This document shows positions 33,716 to 47,958 of a stretch of 48,902 bases of DNA, piece after piece. Position 1 is the first letter of the stretch; each line of letters starts with the position of its first letter. A program made the translations under genes and the position numbers. The notes beneath the pieces were generated by a model, which did no database searches, had not been told where the DNA came from, and was given only the letters and a program-made list of their open reading frames with translations. The stretch is from Girardia tigrina (lineage: Eukaryota), in assembly GCA_001938485.1 (NCBI GenBank), contig MQRK01212705.1:1-48902 (forward strand). The letters are read 5' to 3'.

Positions 33716-34600
33716 TTATTGTGTAGATTTCTCGAATAGATGCATAATCGCTTTCATTAAAATAAGACGCTCTGCACGTTCTGGCAGAAAACGGGAACGA
33801 TGATCAGTGAGTACATCATCAGTAGTACTAAATAATAGTTCAGGAGGAACACTGGTTGGAAGTGAAGGAAGAAATCCTCTGGCAAAGCTTGGCAGAAATG
33901 GAACCATTGTTTGGTTATCGCGAGAAATAGGCGGTTCCGAGAGATAATTCCAAACTTCCTCATAGAACCCAGAACTGTTTTTTTTTGTTTTGGATATCAT
34001 AAATTCATCGATGATTTTCCATGGATTGCCCCCACTCTTTGATATTTTGACGTTCGTGAAGATAAGACTATTGTTGAAACTTTATTAAGTGCTCCGTCAC
34101 CGTATATCTAATATGACATCTCGAATAACCAATTGTAGAGTGTGTGCAAGGCAAGAAAAGTGTGGAAACTGGAAATCGTCAATGGTTTTAACAATATTGT
34201 GGCCATTATCATGAACGATATTGTGGACTCTACAAAATTCCATCGTGCTAGCACACCTTTAAAGATATGTCTCATTTAATTAGCAGTATGTGTTTCATCA
34301 TAAGCTTGACAATGCATAAATGCATATTTACATTCAAATTGAGACATTATCCAATGGACTTTTGTTGACTACTAGGCAGTTCAAATATCCACTGTGAAAG
34401 AAGCTTTGTCTACTTCTCTGAGACATTCCGATATATTTTCTTCCATTTCATTGTAAAGAGCTTCGATTATCTGTTCTTAGAAGTACCTTCGAGATGGAGG
34501 CTGGTATTGTGGAGCTTTAACTGATAATACAAGTCAAAAACCTTGATTTTCCACAACTTGAAAAAGTTGAAGGTCCATGGCTAAAAAAATACTGATATAT
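33716..34600 (-). mobile_element. Decayed hAT (ZBED-like) transposase
   Basis: ORF 33716..34000 YLSEP...PTSVPPELLFS...DHRSRFLPERAERLILMK. Upstream remnants read VVENQGF, PQYQPPSR and SFTVDI. Confidence 0.75.
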
Positions 34601-35562
34601 CTTTTATAATCCAGAAAAATAAGTGAAGTGTACCCGCGTCTCTAAATATTGAAGGAAAGGAGACATGGATAATTATAAATTTGACCTTTAACGGTGGCAT
34701 GCCACCGTGGGCTCGGTCTTTATAGAGATGGCCACTGCTTGTGTTGATTGGAGTGGGTGAAGCTCGACCGATATAACCAAAACAACGATTGATTTAGACG
34801 CCGATTGATGGGATGGAATCGAGTGATCGATTAATCCAATGTGGTCGTCAAGTGCAGAGATGCGGCCTCCGTATTCAGCCTATCGGAATGGTTGGAGCGC
34901 CACAATTAGGTAGGTGTTGTGTGCCACCACATTTCGTTGTTTTTTATTGTTTGTTGTACAGGAGAATTTGGAAATTTTGTAATTATGTTTGCGTTATATT
35001 TCTGTTCATTTTTTTATGTGTTTCGTTGTATGTGAATGCAGTTTCCTATTCTGTTTTTGTGGATCGAAATAATTACCAGGTGAAATTCAATTTAAAATTT
35101 TAGTCAAATGACGAAATTAGATTCCGACAATATTCTATTGAAATGTAATATTTATCCAACAAAAAAGTTTAATAATTTTAGTTTTCTCGAAATTACAAAA
35201 TCTCTATACTGAAGATATTACAATCATAATTTATTATTATCATCAATTAATAAATTTTTGTTTAACTCATTAAAAGTCAGTGTCAGAATATTATTTGAAA
35301 TAAAAATTTAAAATGGACTGAATCTTTTTCTTTTCGTCGTTTTATTTTAACTGATTCTCGAAAGGTGCGTTTTAAAACTTTTTATCAGTATCGTCAATTC
35401 TTTATTGATGATGATTGGAATCGTGCTTGCGGTTATCGGTGCTCTATTGCTCCGGCGAATGAATTTTTTTATGAAGAACATTTACGATATTGAAGCGCAA
35501 TTTAAAAATTTCATAACTAAAATTAGAATCTCATCAGCAAGTTCAGGTGAAATATTTTATTG

Positions 35563-35826
35563 ATGCAGCAGAACGAAAATTCAATTGGAGCCATCGCATT
35601 TGGGGTTGGAATCGCGTTGATTGCTCTGGCTATACTGGGCATCGTAGCGGTGCGTTGCTGTTCATTGAAGAAGATTCTGATTGTCTTAACTGAGAGACCA
35701 TTTTCTCGGTTCGATCTTGGCTTTGGAGTCGCGTGCCGGTTTCGCCGATGTTGTGGACCGCGAGTTCTCCGTCTTGAGGAGAACACAAGAGTAGGTATCG
35801 CTCGAGTGGCAGTAATCGATCGGTAA
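35563..35826 (+). CDS. Hypothetical small single-pass membrane protein
   Basis: Hydrophobic IGAIAFGVGIALIALAILGIVAV followed by RCC and basic residues; locally higher GC; no recognised family. Confidence 0.3.
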   Translation: MQQNENSIGAIAFGVGIALIALAILGIVAVRCCSLKKILIVLTERPFSRFDLGFGVACRFRRCCGPRVLRLEENTRVGIARVAVIDR

Positions 35827-37695
35827 CAAAGTGAAGATGGTCGGTGGTGGCTTGTTCTTGACAACGAGGAAATTATCAAGAGTCGTCGATTGAATTTAAA
35901 TACAGTAGCGATTTCAAAAGATATAAAATCGATTTACATTCACAATTTAAATCTCATAAATCAAAAATCATTTTTTTGAAATCAACATAAATATTTATTT
36001 ATTTAAATTTTTTTCAAACAGTACTTCGATTAAAGAAGCAGTTTTTGTTATCACAACTTATAATTAGTTTTTTTTAAATAATTTATGTAGTGATTTTAAA
36101 ATTTAAGTTAAATTCCATGTTTTATATATATATATATAAATAATTATATAGAAATTAATTTTTTAAATTTATCTTATAGTGACCACTACACTTTGTCTAA
36201 ACTTCTTTTTAAGTGTGAATCTGGGGACTATCCGATGATGAAAACGGTGGGACGTGTTGATACAATTGATTCAATGCACTATAAAATTGAAACATCCAAT
36301 ATAATCATCAAATTTTGTGTCTATCAATATTCATTATTCTCTATGGTTCTGAATTCGACTATGACGTTTCTTGCAATCGATTTTGCAAAAGATGGTGGTC
36401 CATGTTTTTGAATTAGGATAAAAATTTTGTTCATTTTGTGAGCTCATCTACCAAAAATATTAGGGACAGTTTCAGTGCAGATTGTCGAGCTGATGATGAG
36501 GAGTTACTTGAATCTAGTAAATCAGTGATGTGTCATTCTTGTGGGTGTATTATTGACAATGATATATTATCATTTTGTGTGGTTTTAAATTTACTTCATT
36601 TTATAATTTTGATATTGAATTAATTTTTGTCATTTTTTATTGCTTCTTTTATAAAATTTATACATAGTTTTCAGATTTAAGAATTTAGTTTTTTTTATTT
36701 GGCGAGATAAAATTTTAACTTACTCTTTATACTATTTATTCCCTTTTTGTAAATATTTATAATAAAGTGGTTGTCACTGGATCGTTAATTTTAGGGTTGT
36801 GTGACTTAATTAATAACGTTTCATACTCTGCTCTCCCAAGACTTACAAAATGGAAACAGAACTTTAATATTTTGGATTTAAAAATTTAGTTTGGTGCAAT
36901 ATCATAAATTGTGGAGAGCGCCTTCCTATCTGACCGAGTGTTTTTGCTTCTTATTCCTAACATCCGAAACGAACAGCCTATTCCAGAATGATGACATGAT
37001 TTTGAGTACTTATGTTATTCTTCAATTTTTACTTATCGAGCTTTTCGTGATTTTTAATTTATTTTATTTAGATCAGGAGTGTCAAACCAAATCGTTTAGT
37101 TTGCCACAAAAATTTTACTACGTTGAGGCTTGCTGCACATAAAATTAAAACAAAAAATATTTAAATTATTTTATTATCGTACGATTAATGTGACCCTTGT
37201 TTCTATGTCACTGAAGATTTTTTAATATCAACGGATAATGTAGTCAATGCTCGTTTTAGTTGATTGGTCAAGTTTTCATCTAGCAAACCTGGTGTGATAC
37301 TTTGTTTTTGTCATGTTTCATTCAGAAAAATATGATTTGCAGCGATAAATATATTTCCAAATAATGTATATTGTCAGTCGTTTAAAATTTGGAAATTTAT
37401 CTTCGAGAATATAAGTGAATATTATTTCGTGAATATTATTTCCGATAAAACTGAATCTTATTAAAATTCACACAATTAGAATATTTAAATAATGGTATGA
37501 AAAACTTTCTAAACACATTGGCCATCTCATCTAACCACTGCATTTATCAGACGTCAACTTTATTAAGCAAGAAATTGATTTCTGCGGTCAATATCTCTCA
37601 AAGAACTGGATGGTGTCTTAGCTGAATAATTGACTGAAATTCCTTTGGAAACAATTCACTATTTATAATAATCAATACCTGTGAGAATTTAAAGT

Positions 37696-37815
37696 GTTGT
37701 GAGGAATATTTGGAATGTTGATGTTTTATGTGTTGTTTGCATGTGTAAATGTTGTGTGTTGATTTGGGATTGTCTCTCCTAATCAGATGGATGATTAATA
37801 TTTTAATTCTTATTA
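37696..37815. repeat. Dispersed direct repeat, copy 1 (copy 2 at ~40392-40500)
   Basis: Shared ttgtgaggaatattt...tgttgatttgg...cagatggatgattaat.ttttaattcttattat. Confidence 0.75.
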
Positions 37816-40800
37816 TATGAAACTAATTTATTCAAATTTAGATTTAATATTCAAATTTTTAATTTATTATTGTAGAAGTCTTAATACTATATATATATAT
37901 ATATATTACAGGTATATCTAGAATGATTATTATTGATTAAAATCAATAAGAAAAATTAAACCAGTAGATAGTTGTGGAGATGCAGGAGAATTGATGGAAA
38001 GTTATCTTTGGTAGTCAAATATATTTTTTAATATTTGTACTGATTTTGAATCACATTTGTGCTTCGCAACATTCTCGTTGTCCATTTTGATCCGCGTGAT
38101 AATGGTAAGGACATTCTCCGTCAAATACCACCCTGTCATTGGACAACAACCATCAAATTTCTAACCTTTTCAACTCTAACGATTCGAGCATACAATTATT
38201 TAAAAGACAACTTCAACAATATTTCTTCATCATGCAACTTTGAAAGGAAATCAAATTTATAATTTACAACAGCAATGCATGATGTCACATCATATGTCGA
38301 AATAAAATATTTTTTTCCAATTCAATGTCTAAGTATTCTGGACAATTCAAAATCTGCTGATTTTTGTCGCTTTGGAACAATCTACAAGCTGATTTCCCAA
38401 TTGTTTTCCTGTGATGCATCCAACCGGATCACTATTCATTCTGTTCTGGTTTTCTGGTTTAGCCAGAACTGGAAATTCGTCTCACGTGGCACTCGCGCTG
38501 ACGAATTTCCACCAAACTACTTGGTGGCGCCTAAACCACAAGTTCACCCGACAAGTGTTTAGTAACAGACTAAACAAGGAAATCAGCATTTGTACAAAAA
38601 ATTCCATATGACAATTTCGGTTCATTTATTTAGACTTTGCTAGAAAGATACTTATTGTCGGCGAATGATTTGACAATTAATTATATTCATGACAATCTTG
38701 TGTATATTGGGTTAATAATAAATATTACTCATCTCTTAATCTAATTATTCTATAACGTTAATGGAGGATGAAATTACATGCAATTTCTCTTTCCATTACA
38801 ATTATTATTATAAATTTTAAATGATTTTATAAATTTAATTTTTTTTTAATTTGTAAAATATTAAATCAAATTAATATTTTTAAATGATTAATAGTAATTT
38901 TATTTTAAAAAATAACATTTAAAGTAAATATTTTAAATAAAATATATATGCTCAAATTAATTCAGATTTTTGGATGAGAAGTATGATTGATGAATAGGAG
39001 CGAAAGTACTACTAGTGATTATCATAAAGATGATCCAAATTGCGATTGCAATAAATGTTGTAGCAAATGTGTGAGTTCTCTTAACAACTGTAATGACCAC
39101 AAAATTTGTACCTACATCATATTAAAATATACTTTTTTTGGTTTTTGAAGGTCTTTCCATTATTTGGTCGAATCTCGACTTATAATATATACTACGAACA
39201 TATACGGTATTTATACATTTGGTTATACAATTCACAAAGTTTCTTTTCAAAATCTTTTATTAAAAAGTCATCTTCTAAGGGATATCTTTAAAGACAATAA
39301 TTATAAACGTCAAGACAATAATTCGGTTTCATGATGAGTGAATGTTGTTCAGTCAATTTCATTCTCATCGAAAAGCCGACATCCTTCAGAAGAACTCGAA
39401 GCAATCAAACAATTACTTATAAAAATGCCATGCGACAAACAAAACAGAAGCAAAAATTGCAAAAAACGTATTGAAAATTAAAAAATATTTTTTCAATCTC
39501 GAAAACTGATTTGGCTTGAGTTCGGCAGGCTGAAAATATAATCAATTAATATATTATGATTATTATTATGAAATTTAATGATTATTTATGTTTATTGTTT
39601 ACAAATTGGTTTTGAATTTTTTAAAATAAAAAATAATTAAATAATCGCCAGCTCGTCTGAGACTTGTTAGTTGATTGTCGTTTCGCTGATTGAGATTTAA
39701 ATAATTTAATTTAAAATGAGATTTAATATTAATTATTATAAATATTTTGAAGTAAAAAAATTAAAATTAAATACATTAAATATTAAATAAAATTTTTTAA
39801 ATTAAATATATAAAAAATTAAATATCGTATTCTATGTATAAAAATTAAACTTTCATGAACCTTTTTTGTGAATATTATTTGTCCAATGTTACCCTAATGT
39901 TGCTCTCTCTTTCTTGTGTTTGAAATGTTATTCCATAAGCTTCATTTAAGATTATTCAAACCAAGATCTGTGATTTCTAAATTAAAAGAAAATTTTCAAA
40001 CTCTCTGAAGTAGGACTTTCATAACCCCTCTCTACATTTTTCTTCAAAAAGGCTTTCTGGTGTTGTATAAAGGCATTTAACTGTGGTCTTTCTAAATAAC
40101 TCAGTTTTAAATACTCCATTTATTTGGGTGACAAGAATGCACAGATAAGGCATAGTGAGTACTCACGATTGAGACGATCGAGTTGTGTTGTAAGAGTAGA
40201 ATCTCATTCATTTCAAAAGATTGGGTTTCTGTTTCATAAGAGGATTGTGATTTACAATAAGAGCGTTATTTCTGTGATACTAAAATTCATTAACATTTAA
40301 AATAGGGAAAGTAAAGCCGTTTCATTATTGAAAAACATAAATTAAATTTAATAATTTATTTATTAATAAAAAATATTTAAATTTAATCCATATTGTGAGG
40401 AATATTTTAAATGTTTAATGTTTTGTGTTTGAATGTGTATGTTGATTTGGAAATGTGTCTCTACACCCAGATGGATGATTAATGTTTTAATTCTTATTAT
40501 CTAAAAATATGTAATGTTTAAATTTATTTCTAATTTAAAATAATTGTAAATTTTTTAATAAGTTTATTAATTTTATTTACAATTTTGAAATAAAAAAATT
40601 AAATTATTATTTTTTAAATAATTAATAATCATTTAATTTTTTACCAATAAAATTTTGAATAAATATTTTAACAATTTATTTAATTCTTCATTTGCTCAGA
40701 TAATAATTAATTAGTTAGAAAGCAATCTTACGAACGTTTTTACAAAGATTGTCTTGAGGACAATCAAACTTGTACCATTAATAAAAATAATAACAGCCAT

Positions 40801-41380
40801 ATTGGTTTTCTTAATACATATTAAATTACCATTTAACGAAATCGAAAATCACATTTTAGGATTGCAAATTGGTAAAGCTTTTGGAAGTACGTCTTATGTC
40901 CGCTGGGAGTTATAGGATTAACAATAAGTATTTTTTTAAATGACGATAAGATTTTTTAAAGGTATGTGTATGAATGATTGAAAATCAATTGATCGAAAAT
41001 TGAAAATGGAGAATGTCGTAGGAACATTAATTTTTCAATCACGAAATTTTGTAGGTATTTTTAAATATTTGCATGACAGAATCTGGAAGTATAAAAATGC
41101 ACAAATTACACTAACAAGCTTCCTTACGCGCAGATCAATGCCACTATAACCCCTCATCGACTGTGCTCTTGGATTCGTTTACAGAGATGACATGACGCAA
41201 TAAAATTGTACAAAAATAACAAAATCAATCGTCTTATTGTGACCGTAAAACCGCCGATATAAATCTTAATCATAAAATATTATGTTTTTTTAATTAACCT
41301 AATCATTTGCTTGTTTTTGAAACAAAAAAGATGTATTGTAAAATTGTGTTTATTGATATAAGAAAGCAACTCGCGCTTAC

Positions 41381-42038
41381 TAAAATCCATCCATTTTGAT
41401 CGACAATCCACCCGACCAATATTTGAGCCACGATTCTGTCAAACGTCTCAATTATCTTGGGAATGGTGTCCCATTTGCCATTCCTGGCGCAGTCAACAGC
41501 CAAACTTGAGGCCACACAAAGCACAGATATTATCTTTCCCCAATAGATGTTTTTATCAGTCGATCCGGAATTATAAATCAAAGCATTAGCGAACTGGAAA
41601 AAGGCTTCACTGATTTTATCATGTTCCCAACTGATGTTGATTCCCATCTGAGAGGAAACATTCTTATACAAGTCAGGATACATGAATTCCAGCTGAGCCC
41701 CAATGTCTTGGAATTCATTGCAGGAAATGCTAATTGCCTCCGGGGTCTGGGAACCAGAACTAGATCCCAACATGAAATTTGAAATCGCATTGACCCCATG
41801 AAACGCTAAAACGCTTCCAAAAGAATGTTTCTTTAAGTCGGAGTTCCTGGCAAGGAATGAATGTTATATCAAGCCGATCCATCCATCACATTTACCTGAC
41901 ATTGTCCATTTTGATTAAATTTAACCTTCTGAGTTTCTTTGAAATGAAATCCTTGCAAATCTGGTGTCCCTGAGTTATCACTTCATCTGGGGTAGGAGGA
42001 TCTTTCGGTTTCTGAATGAGAATTTGACGATACCACAT
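41381..42038 (-). CDS. BOK: Bcl-2 family protein, BOK/Debcl-like (exons 42038-41896, 41846-41381; terminal exon uncertain, possibly ~41265-41155)
   Basis: BH4-like PPTPDEVITQGHQICKDFISKKLRR, BH3 FQDIGAQLEFMYPDLYKNVSSQM, BH1 IYWGKIISVLCVASSLAVDC (BOK has ITWGKVVS...LAVDC), BH2 GWIVDQNGW; 49-nt GT-AG intron. Start codon uncertain. Confidence 0.85.
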
Positions 42039-45000
42039 GATGCAGATGAGACTGAATAGCGGCTTGTTCTTGTGCAGTTCACTTGATGATCATTCACCAG
42101 TCTCACAATCCATTGTGAAATTGTTATGTGTTTTCATTGACCGACGGTGTTGCTCAATATTGTGTTTTGTTTGTGCATCTCACACCACTCATTTGTCTGT
42201 GTTTTGTCGTTTAAGACTGTTTTATCAGAGATGATTAATTGCTCAATTGTACTGAAATTCCTTTTAAAATCGCTCAATAATGTGCAATTTAATGAGTAAT
42301 TGTTTTTTAATATTGATTATCTCTGATTGATCGTGAATGATCGATTATTTTACGTGTGTGTCGTTGTGTGAGACGTCACATAAATGATAATGATTGATTG
42401 ATAATCGGCGATGATCCCGGATCTTAGGATCAATATCCTCAACGACTTCCTGAATGGAAACTGGAGCAACATTCCCCCGATAAACCGCCGCCATTTCGTG
42501 CCAAATTTCGAGGACATTCTTTTCTCTTCTTCTCTCTTCATCATCTATTCTATTCTCAAACATAAAAATTAATGCTGCAATTTCCCTCAAAATTTTTCTT
42601 CAGAACTTAACACAATCTTTGCTCGTAACATTAAACCTACCGGAGTGATCGAATGACCGCTTTCTTGTTAGATTGAAGGTATATATGATAAATTTGTAAT
42701 ATATATGGCCATATACAAATAATAATTGTTTATTTGAGAAGCGGTCATTTGAGCACCTTCGGTAGACAAATCTCGTCTCTAAATGGATCAAAGAGCATAA
42801 TCGATTGGATAATGGAAGCAATATTACCAAACATAACTTAAAATGTGCAATCGATTTTAAACTATTGGAAGAGAGTGACGAGTGAGTCCTAATTGAGAAG
42901 ATCAATGATTTTATAAAATTACTGTTCACGCTCCAAACTCGCCTTCTGTATTAAACATTTTCAAATAGAACCTTAATTGATTATAAATTCACAATTTATC
43001 GTCTTTTATAAGTGTCAAAAAAATAATGTTAATTTAGTAGAAGGTGGAGAGTTATCCGCCGAAATTAATTACCAAAAATAAATGTTGAAAATGGCGTTCA
43101 AAGGTTTTTTATATAAAATTTATATAAAATAATTGAAATTTATTTTTATCTCTTGTTTTTAATATTATAAATTCACGTGTTCTTCATCCACAATCGTGTT
43201 GTAGACAGAACACCTTTGGAGGACGACCCTTTCTGTCTCTGGTCGACAGGGGGTCTCTGTTTAATAAGATAGTGGGGGGTAAAAAAATTCTAACTTTTGT
43301 AAATCGAGTTAATCAAAATTTTTTATATTTTAATAATTTTCCCCTGTCATATATTTTGCATAATTGTTTTACAATTGCTAAATTAATTAATTTCTACGTA
43401 CCGGAAATATGATGTAAATGGTGAATAGAACCCACAATCATGAGACCAATACCGACCCCTATCTATTTTAAATGATTTAACTTTTCTGTTCCTTCTTAAA
43501 TACCAACCAAGGACGCGCCTCTGAAAAAGTTCTACTTCATCTTCTTCTTTTTCTTCATTCGCAGTGTCTGGTTTGAATAATTATTTACAAACTTTCTGTA
43601 GGGTTCTGCTCTCGATCCTTTAGTGTTAATATTATACATTCTTGTAGAAGGTTAACCCTGAAACGTACCCTAAATTTATTTTATAATATAATCATATATT
43701 AATATTTTATTGATTTAATTTATGTAAATTAACATTATCAGTGTTAGGTTCGATTTCAAAAATCACAGCACCAAAATTTTGTTAATACCACACCGTAACA
43801 TATTTTTCGAGCAAATTTTCGAGGAACGATTTTTCTTTTACACAAACCATTTATACGTAAGGATAATGAAATATAAATATGAATACTTAACTTATTATTA
43901 CTTAGATATATCAAAATATTCGAATGGAATTTGATTCTTTCGGTAATCGAAATCTATGCAAATGTTTTTTATAATGTTATAAATAAATAAATAAATATTG
44001 TAAATCTTATTTGAAAACAAACTGAAATTAAATGGTGAACACTTTCACTTCTTAAAATTTATTTCTTCTTTTATGTGCTATATTATATATAATATAATAT
44101 ATTTAATAATTAATATAATATGAAGAGAGGACCTAGGCCATTTCCCAGCAATACCCTTCAACCTTTTCCCTTTTAGTTTCATAAATCAAAAACGCCGATA
44201 GTAAGTATCACAATAGCAGTAAATTAAACAATATTAAAGTATTTAAATTTTGGATATCACCCGACCCAAGAGAATGGAGCAGGACGCAAAATTAGGGAAA
44301 CCTATTGTTGAAGCATTTCAGGAATGTCTGAAAGAGAGTCAGTATAATTTGCGAACTAAAATCCGTACGTTAGACAAGTGAGACAAGGAGAAATATACTT
44401 TTTGTTTTCATTTTATCCTTTCCAGTCTGATTGTAGCAGTATTCCATTTTTGGTGAATAAAAGTTTCAGTGAAATGTAAATAGAATCGCAAATACTGTTG
44501 ACACAGATCTAAAATACGCAATTTAGTACCGATGTTCGAGGGTTGTTATTTTTAATATTATTACTGTTAATATGAAAAGTGAACCAGAAAATAGATACCC
44601 AAATGTCAAATACAATGTTTGTTGACCACCGCAAATAATTTATCCGTTTGTATTTGAATCAGTCGTTTTTGGGGACAGCGAATTCTGATGTACGAAGATG
44701 CAGTCGGTGACAATGGAAGTGGACAACAAGCAGCTGGACATCGACTATCGAGAATCAAAAAATGTTTGAGACAAATGAAAATTTGCGAAAATAAGCACAG
44801 CGTAGGAAGATCGACACAGACGAAATGTAGTTTTACTAAAGATTGAAACAATGCTAATAAAAGATTGTTAAAAAATTAAATTCTGCACTCTAGTTTTGGT
44901 ATTGGATTCGTTGCCTCAATTTTTACATATGAAAATTTCTTATTTGATATTTTTTAAAAAGGTGACGGAAGTGTCATTACATGAAATATTGAACATTTTC

Positions 45001-46399
45001 ACTACATGTTGTAACAGCTTTTGAGAAACAACTTCAGCCATTTCAGGTAGGTGCGCGTCTGAATTTTGAATAGAGTTACAAAAAACAATTTAAAAGACAA
45101 CAAATCACCATACCTCAATGTTAGGGCTTAAATTTGAAGCTAAAATTTTTGATGTAGTAAATTAATTTAAATAAATTGGTTCCTCCAATTTAATAATTGA
45201 ATCATATTAAAAAAAAGAAATTGTTTTAACATTCAGAGTTTAGAAAAAATTCAAAAAAGTGGAAAAATGTTTATTAAAATAAATTTTCACTAAATGTCGA
45301 TACTGATAACGAATACGCTATTATCTGTCTCAATCAATTCAAATGGAACATTTATAACAAAAATATGAACGAAATTGCCTTGAAAAAGGATCCGCTAACG
45401 ATAATGATGAGAACATTGGACGAGAGACGTTGGGGCTCAGCAGACGCCGGTGAGATAGTGAATTTTAGCCCCCCGCGTCCCGTACTTCTTACTTTGTATT
45501 ACGGAGTAGTCGGCCGTTCCGAAAGAAGATAACACTCAAAATCGATTTAGCTAATTTATTAACATTAATACTCTAAAACTTCTAATAATTCCCCAGTACA
45601 GCCATTTTTTCTGATCAAATTTTTTCTCCATAATAACCCAATACTTCTTATTATTCCACACGCTGAAACCTGGTAGAATAAAACGTGCGCCATGTGAGCT
45701 GATTGCAAAATCGGTTAATATTGCTTGGAATACTATTTTAAAAGAACTGATTATAAAATGTTTTTATTCATGTTTCTTATATGAAGGAATGAGCTGGCTC
45801 ATTGCCAAAGATGAACAATTTGGTATCAAATTTAGAACAAAATATTGTGCTAGTTTAAATCATTAAGTTCTTGATGGTGAGGACTATTCGGAATCTGGCT
45901 ATTCGGAAATTGATGAATAAATTTGATTTTATAAAAATATTTTTTTGATTTTTATAAATTTCTTATAATCTCCCATGTCCTTGTTTTTCCGACTTTTTGA
46001 AAAAAATAGAATAATCCCCAGGGGGATTATTGGCAGTTATAGAGTATCACTACTTTATTAAAATACGTACAAATTATTATTTAGAAATATGTAAAATCAA
46101 TTTTAATGATTTACATGTCGGATTTTTCGGTTTGTTTCATAATTTTTGCAGTCAACTTCAGAATTTTATTCAAAAAAACAAAAATTAAAAATTTTATAGT
46201 TATTTATTATATTTAATAACCGACTTCAAGTCAAGTAAGCTTGCATTATTCAAAACTGAATAAATTTCTAAAAATTAATATTTTTTAAAAAATAGTTATT
46301 AAATATATTCGAATAACATGAACAGAAATGTTGCTAAAGAAGAGGCAAGGGGAGAGTTATGAGAATGTTGAAGATACAAGTCCCAAATCTCATGTTTGA

Positions 46400-47000
46400 A
46401 ATCGACCACAAGCAATTTTGCGAAGATCACAGATTTCTCCTAATGACTGCGATCGTATAGTTGAGGAAACAATCGAAGGGCATTTTATTAGAGCAAGAGC
46501 AGAAGTGTATCGTCTCAGCTATAAGGCAGTATACTGTACCGTAAAACGATACGTAGATATATGTCTCAGTACGGTTCTACGAGGAGGTTATAGAATATCT
46601 TTGCTTTAAAAATAGATTAACCATCAATTCACTGCCAAAGTTTATGAACCGTGTACTGTGACTCTACTTCGAATGTCTTTGTAGCTTAATGATACATTTC
46701 AGGTTACGCTATCATTAAGTACAACAGACAGTGTGTTGAGGGAATTCCACTATACCCTCAAGAGAATTACCCTAATCCCTACGTGAAGAAATTGTCTTGA
46801 AACAATTGAGCTTAGACAATCTAATGCTTCAACATTTAGAATTTCGAAGTTGAAAATGATAATAAAAACATTATTTTCATGGACGAAGTTGGTTTTTGTG
46901 TGATCTCAAGACGCAGTAGAAGTAGAAACAGAGGTCTAGAATCTGCCTATCGGTCGGTTCCAGCAGCAAGAAGCAGGAAATTTTCAGTGGCAGAATAACA
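46400..47000 (+). mobile_element. Decayed IS630/Tc1-like transposase
   Basis: HTH-like ORF 46418..46609 ending RGG, then FHYTLKRI and IIFMDEVGF..SRR. Confidence 0.65.
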
Positions 47001-47958
47001 AATATGTCAATTCAATTTCACAAAGGTTGAGCAAATCTCAGCACATTTGTAAATGTTTTAGGATTATCGTGTCTCACTGAAACTTTTATAGCTTACGCTG
47101 GCCATTGAGATTCGCTTAAGTTTTAAGTTTCTGTTATGCAACTGTAAGCAATACGGATTTACACAGGGTGTGAAAATGTCAAGCAAGGGAGTAGGGTAGA
47201 AAGCTGAAAATATTCCAAGAAGCAAATTTCAATAATGTAACAATTAAATGTCATGATAATTATGCAAACTGTAATATAAAAAAAATGTCACTTGTGTACA
47301 TAAATGATGAATAAAATGTTGTTTGATATTCTTTCATAGCAAGAACTGCAACTCCTCGGGAAGACATCTATCGTGCCAAATCCGAAAATTGGACCAATCT
47401 CAATGTACCCATGCAATATTGTTATAAAATTGGTGACTAAATCATATTTGATATGACTCAATGTGCTTCGGGTGACCTGTTGAGCTAAATATTCTCTGAC
47501 TGCTAGCTTATCTACTCGAATCTTACCCACTAATCGATTTTGTTCTAAAACTATTCAAAGCCTTGTTTGAAATTGCAAAGTTGTTCGTCCAATCATATTA
47601 AAGTATTTTTATGTAAGATATTTTGGACAAAATGATCCTCTGGTTGTATTAATATTAACAGTTTTACCAAATAAAAATGTTAATATTTTATCTCGTCAGG
47701 TATAAAAATAGGAGGAATAACGTCGCAAAGTGTAGGATAAAGTGGTTTCTACAAGTTTTAATAAAAAAAATTAAAACATTTAAAATTTTTGGTAAGCTAG
47801 GTGACGTACAACAAATATTTTCATATGAAACACGTTTATTTATTAAATTGAAGAGATACATGATGCACTTTTTGTGCCCAGCAGGTTGTATCATTCATCA
47901 CGGTATATCACTACTCATTTTTGAAGTAATTCATAAAGTGATCGGAGGTATATGATTT

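Noticed and set aside
42345-42590. 81-aa minus-strand ORF upstream of the BOK-like gene
   Set aside because: No recognisable domain and no convincing in-frame splice into BOK.
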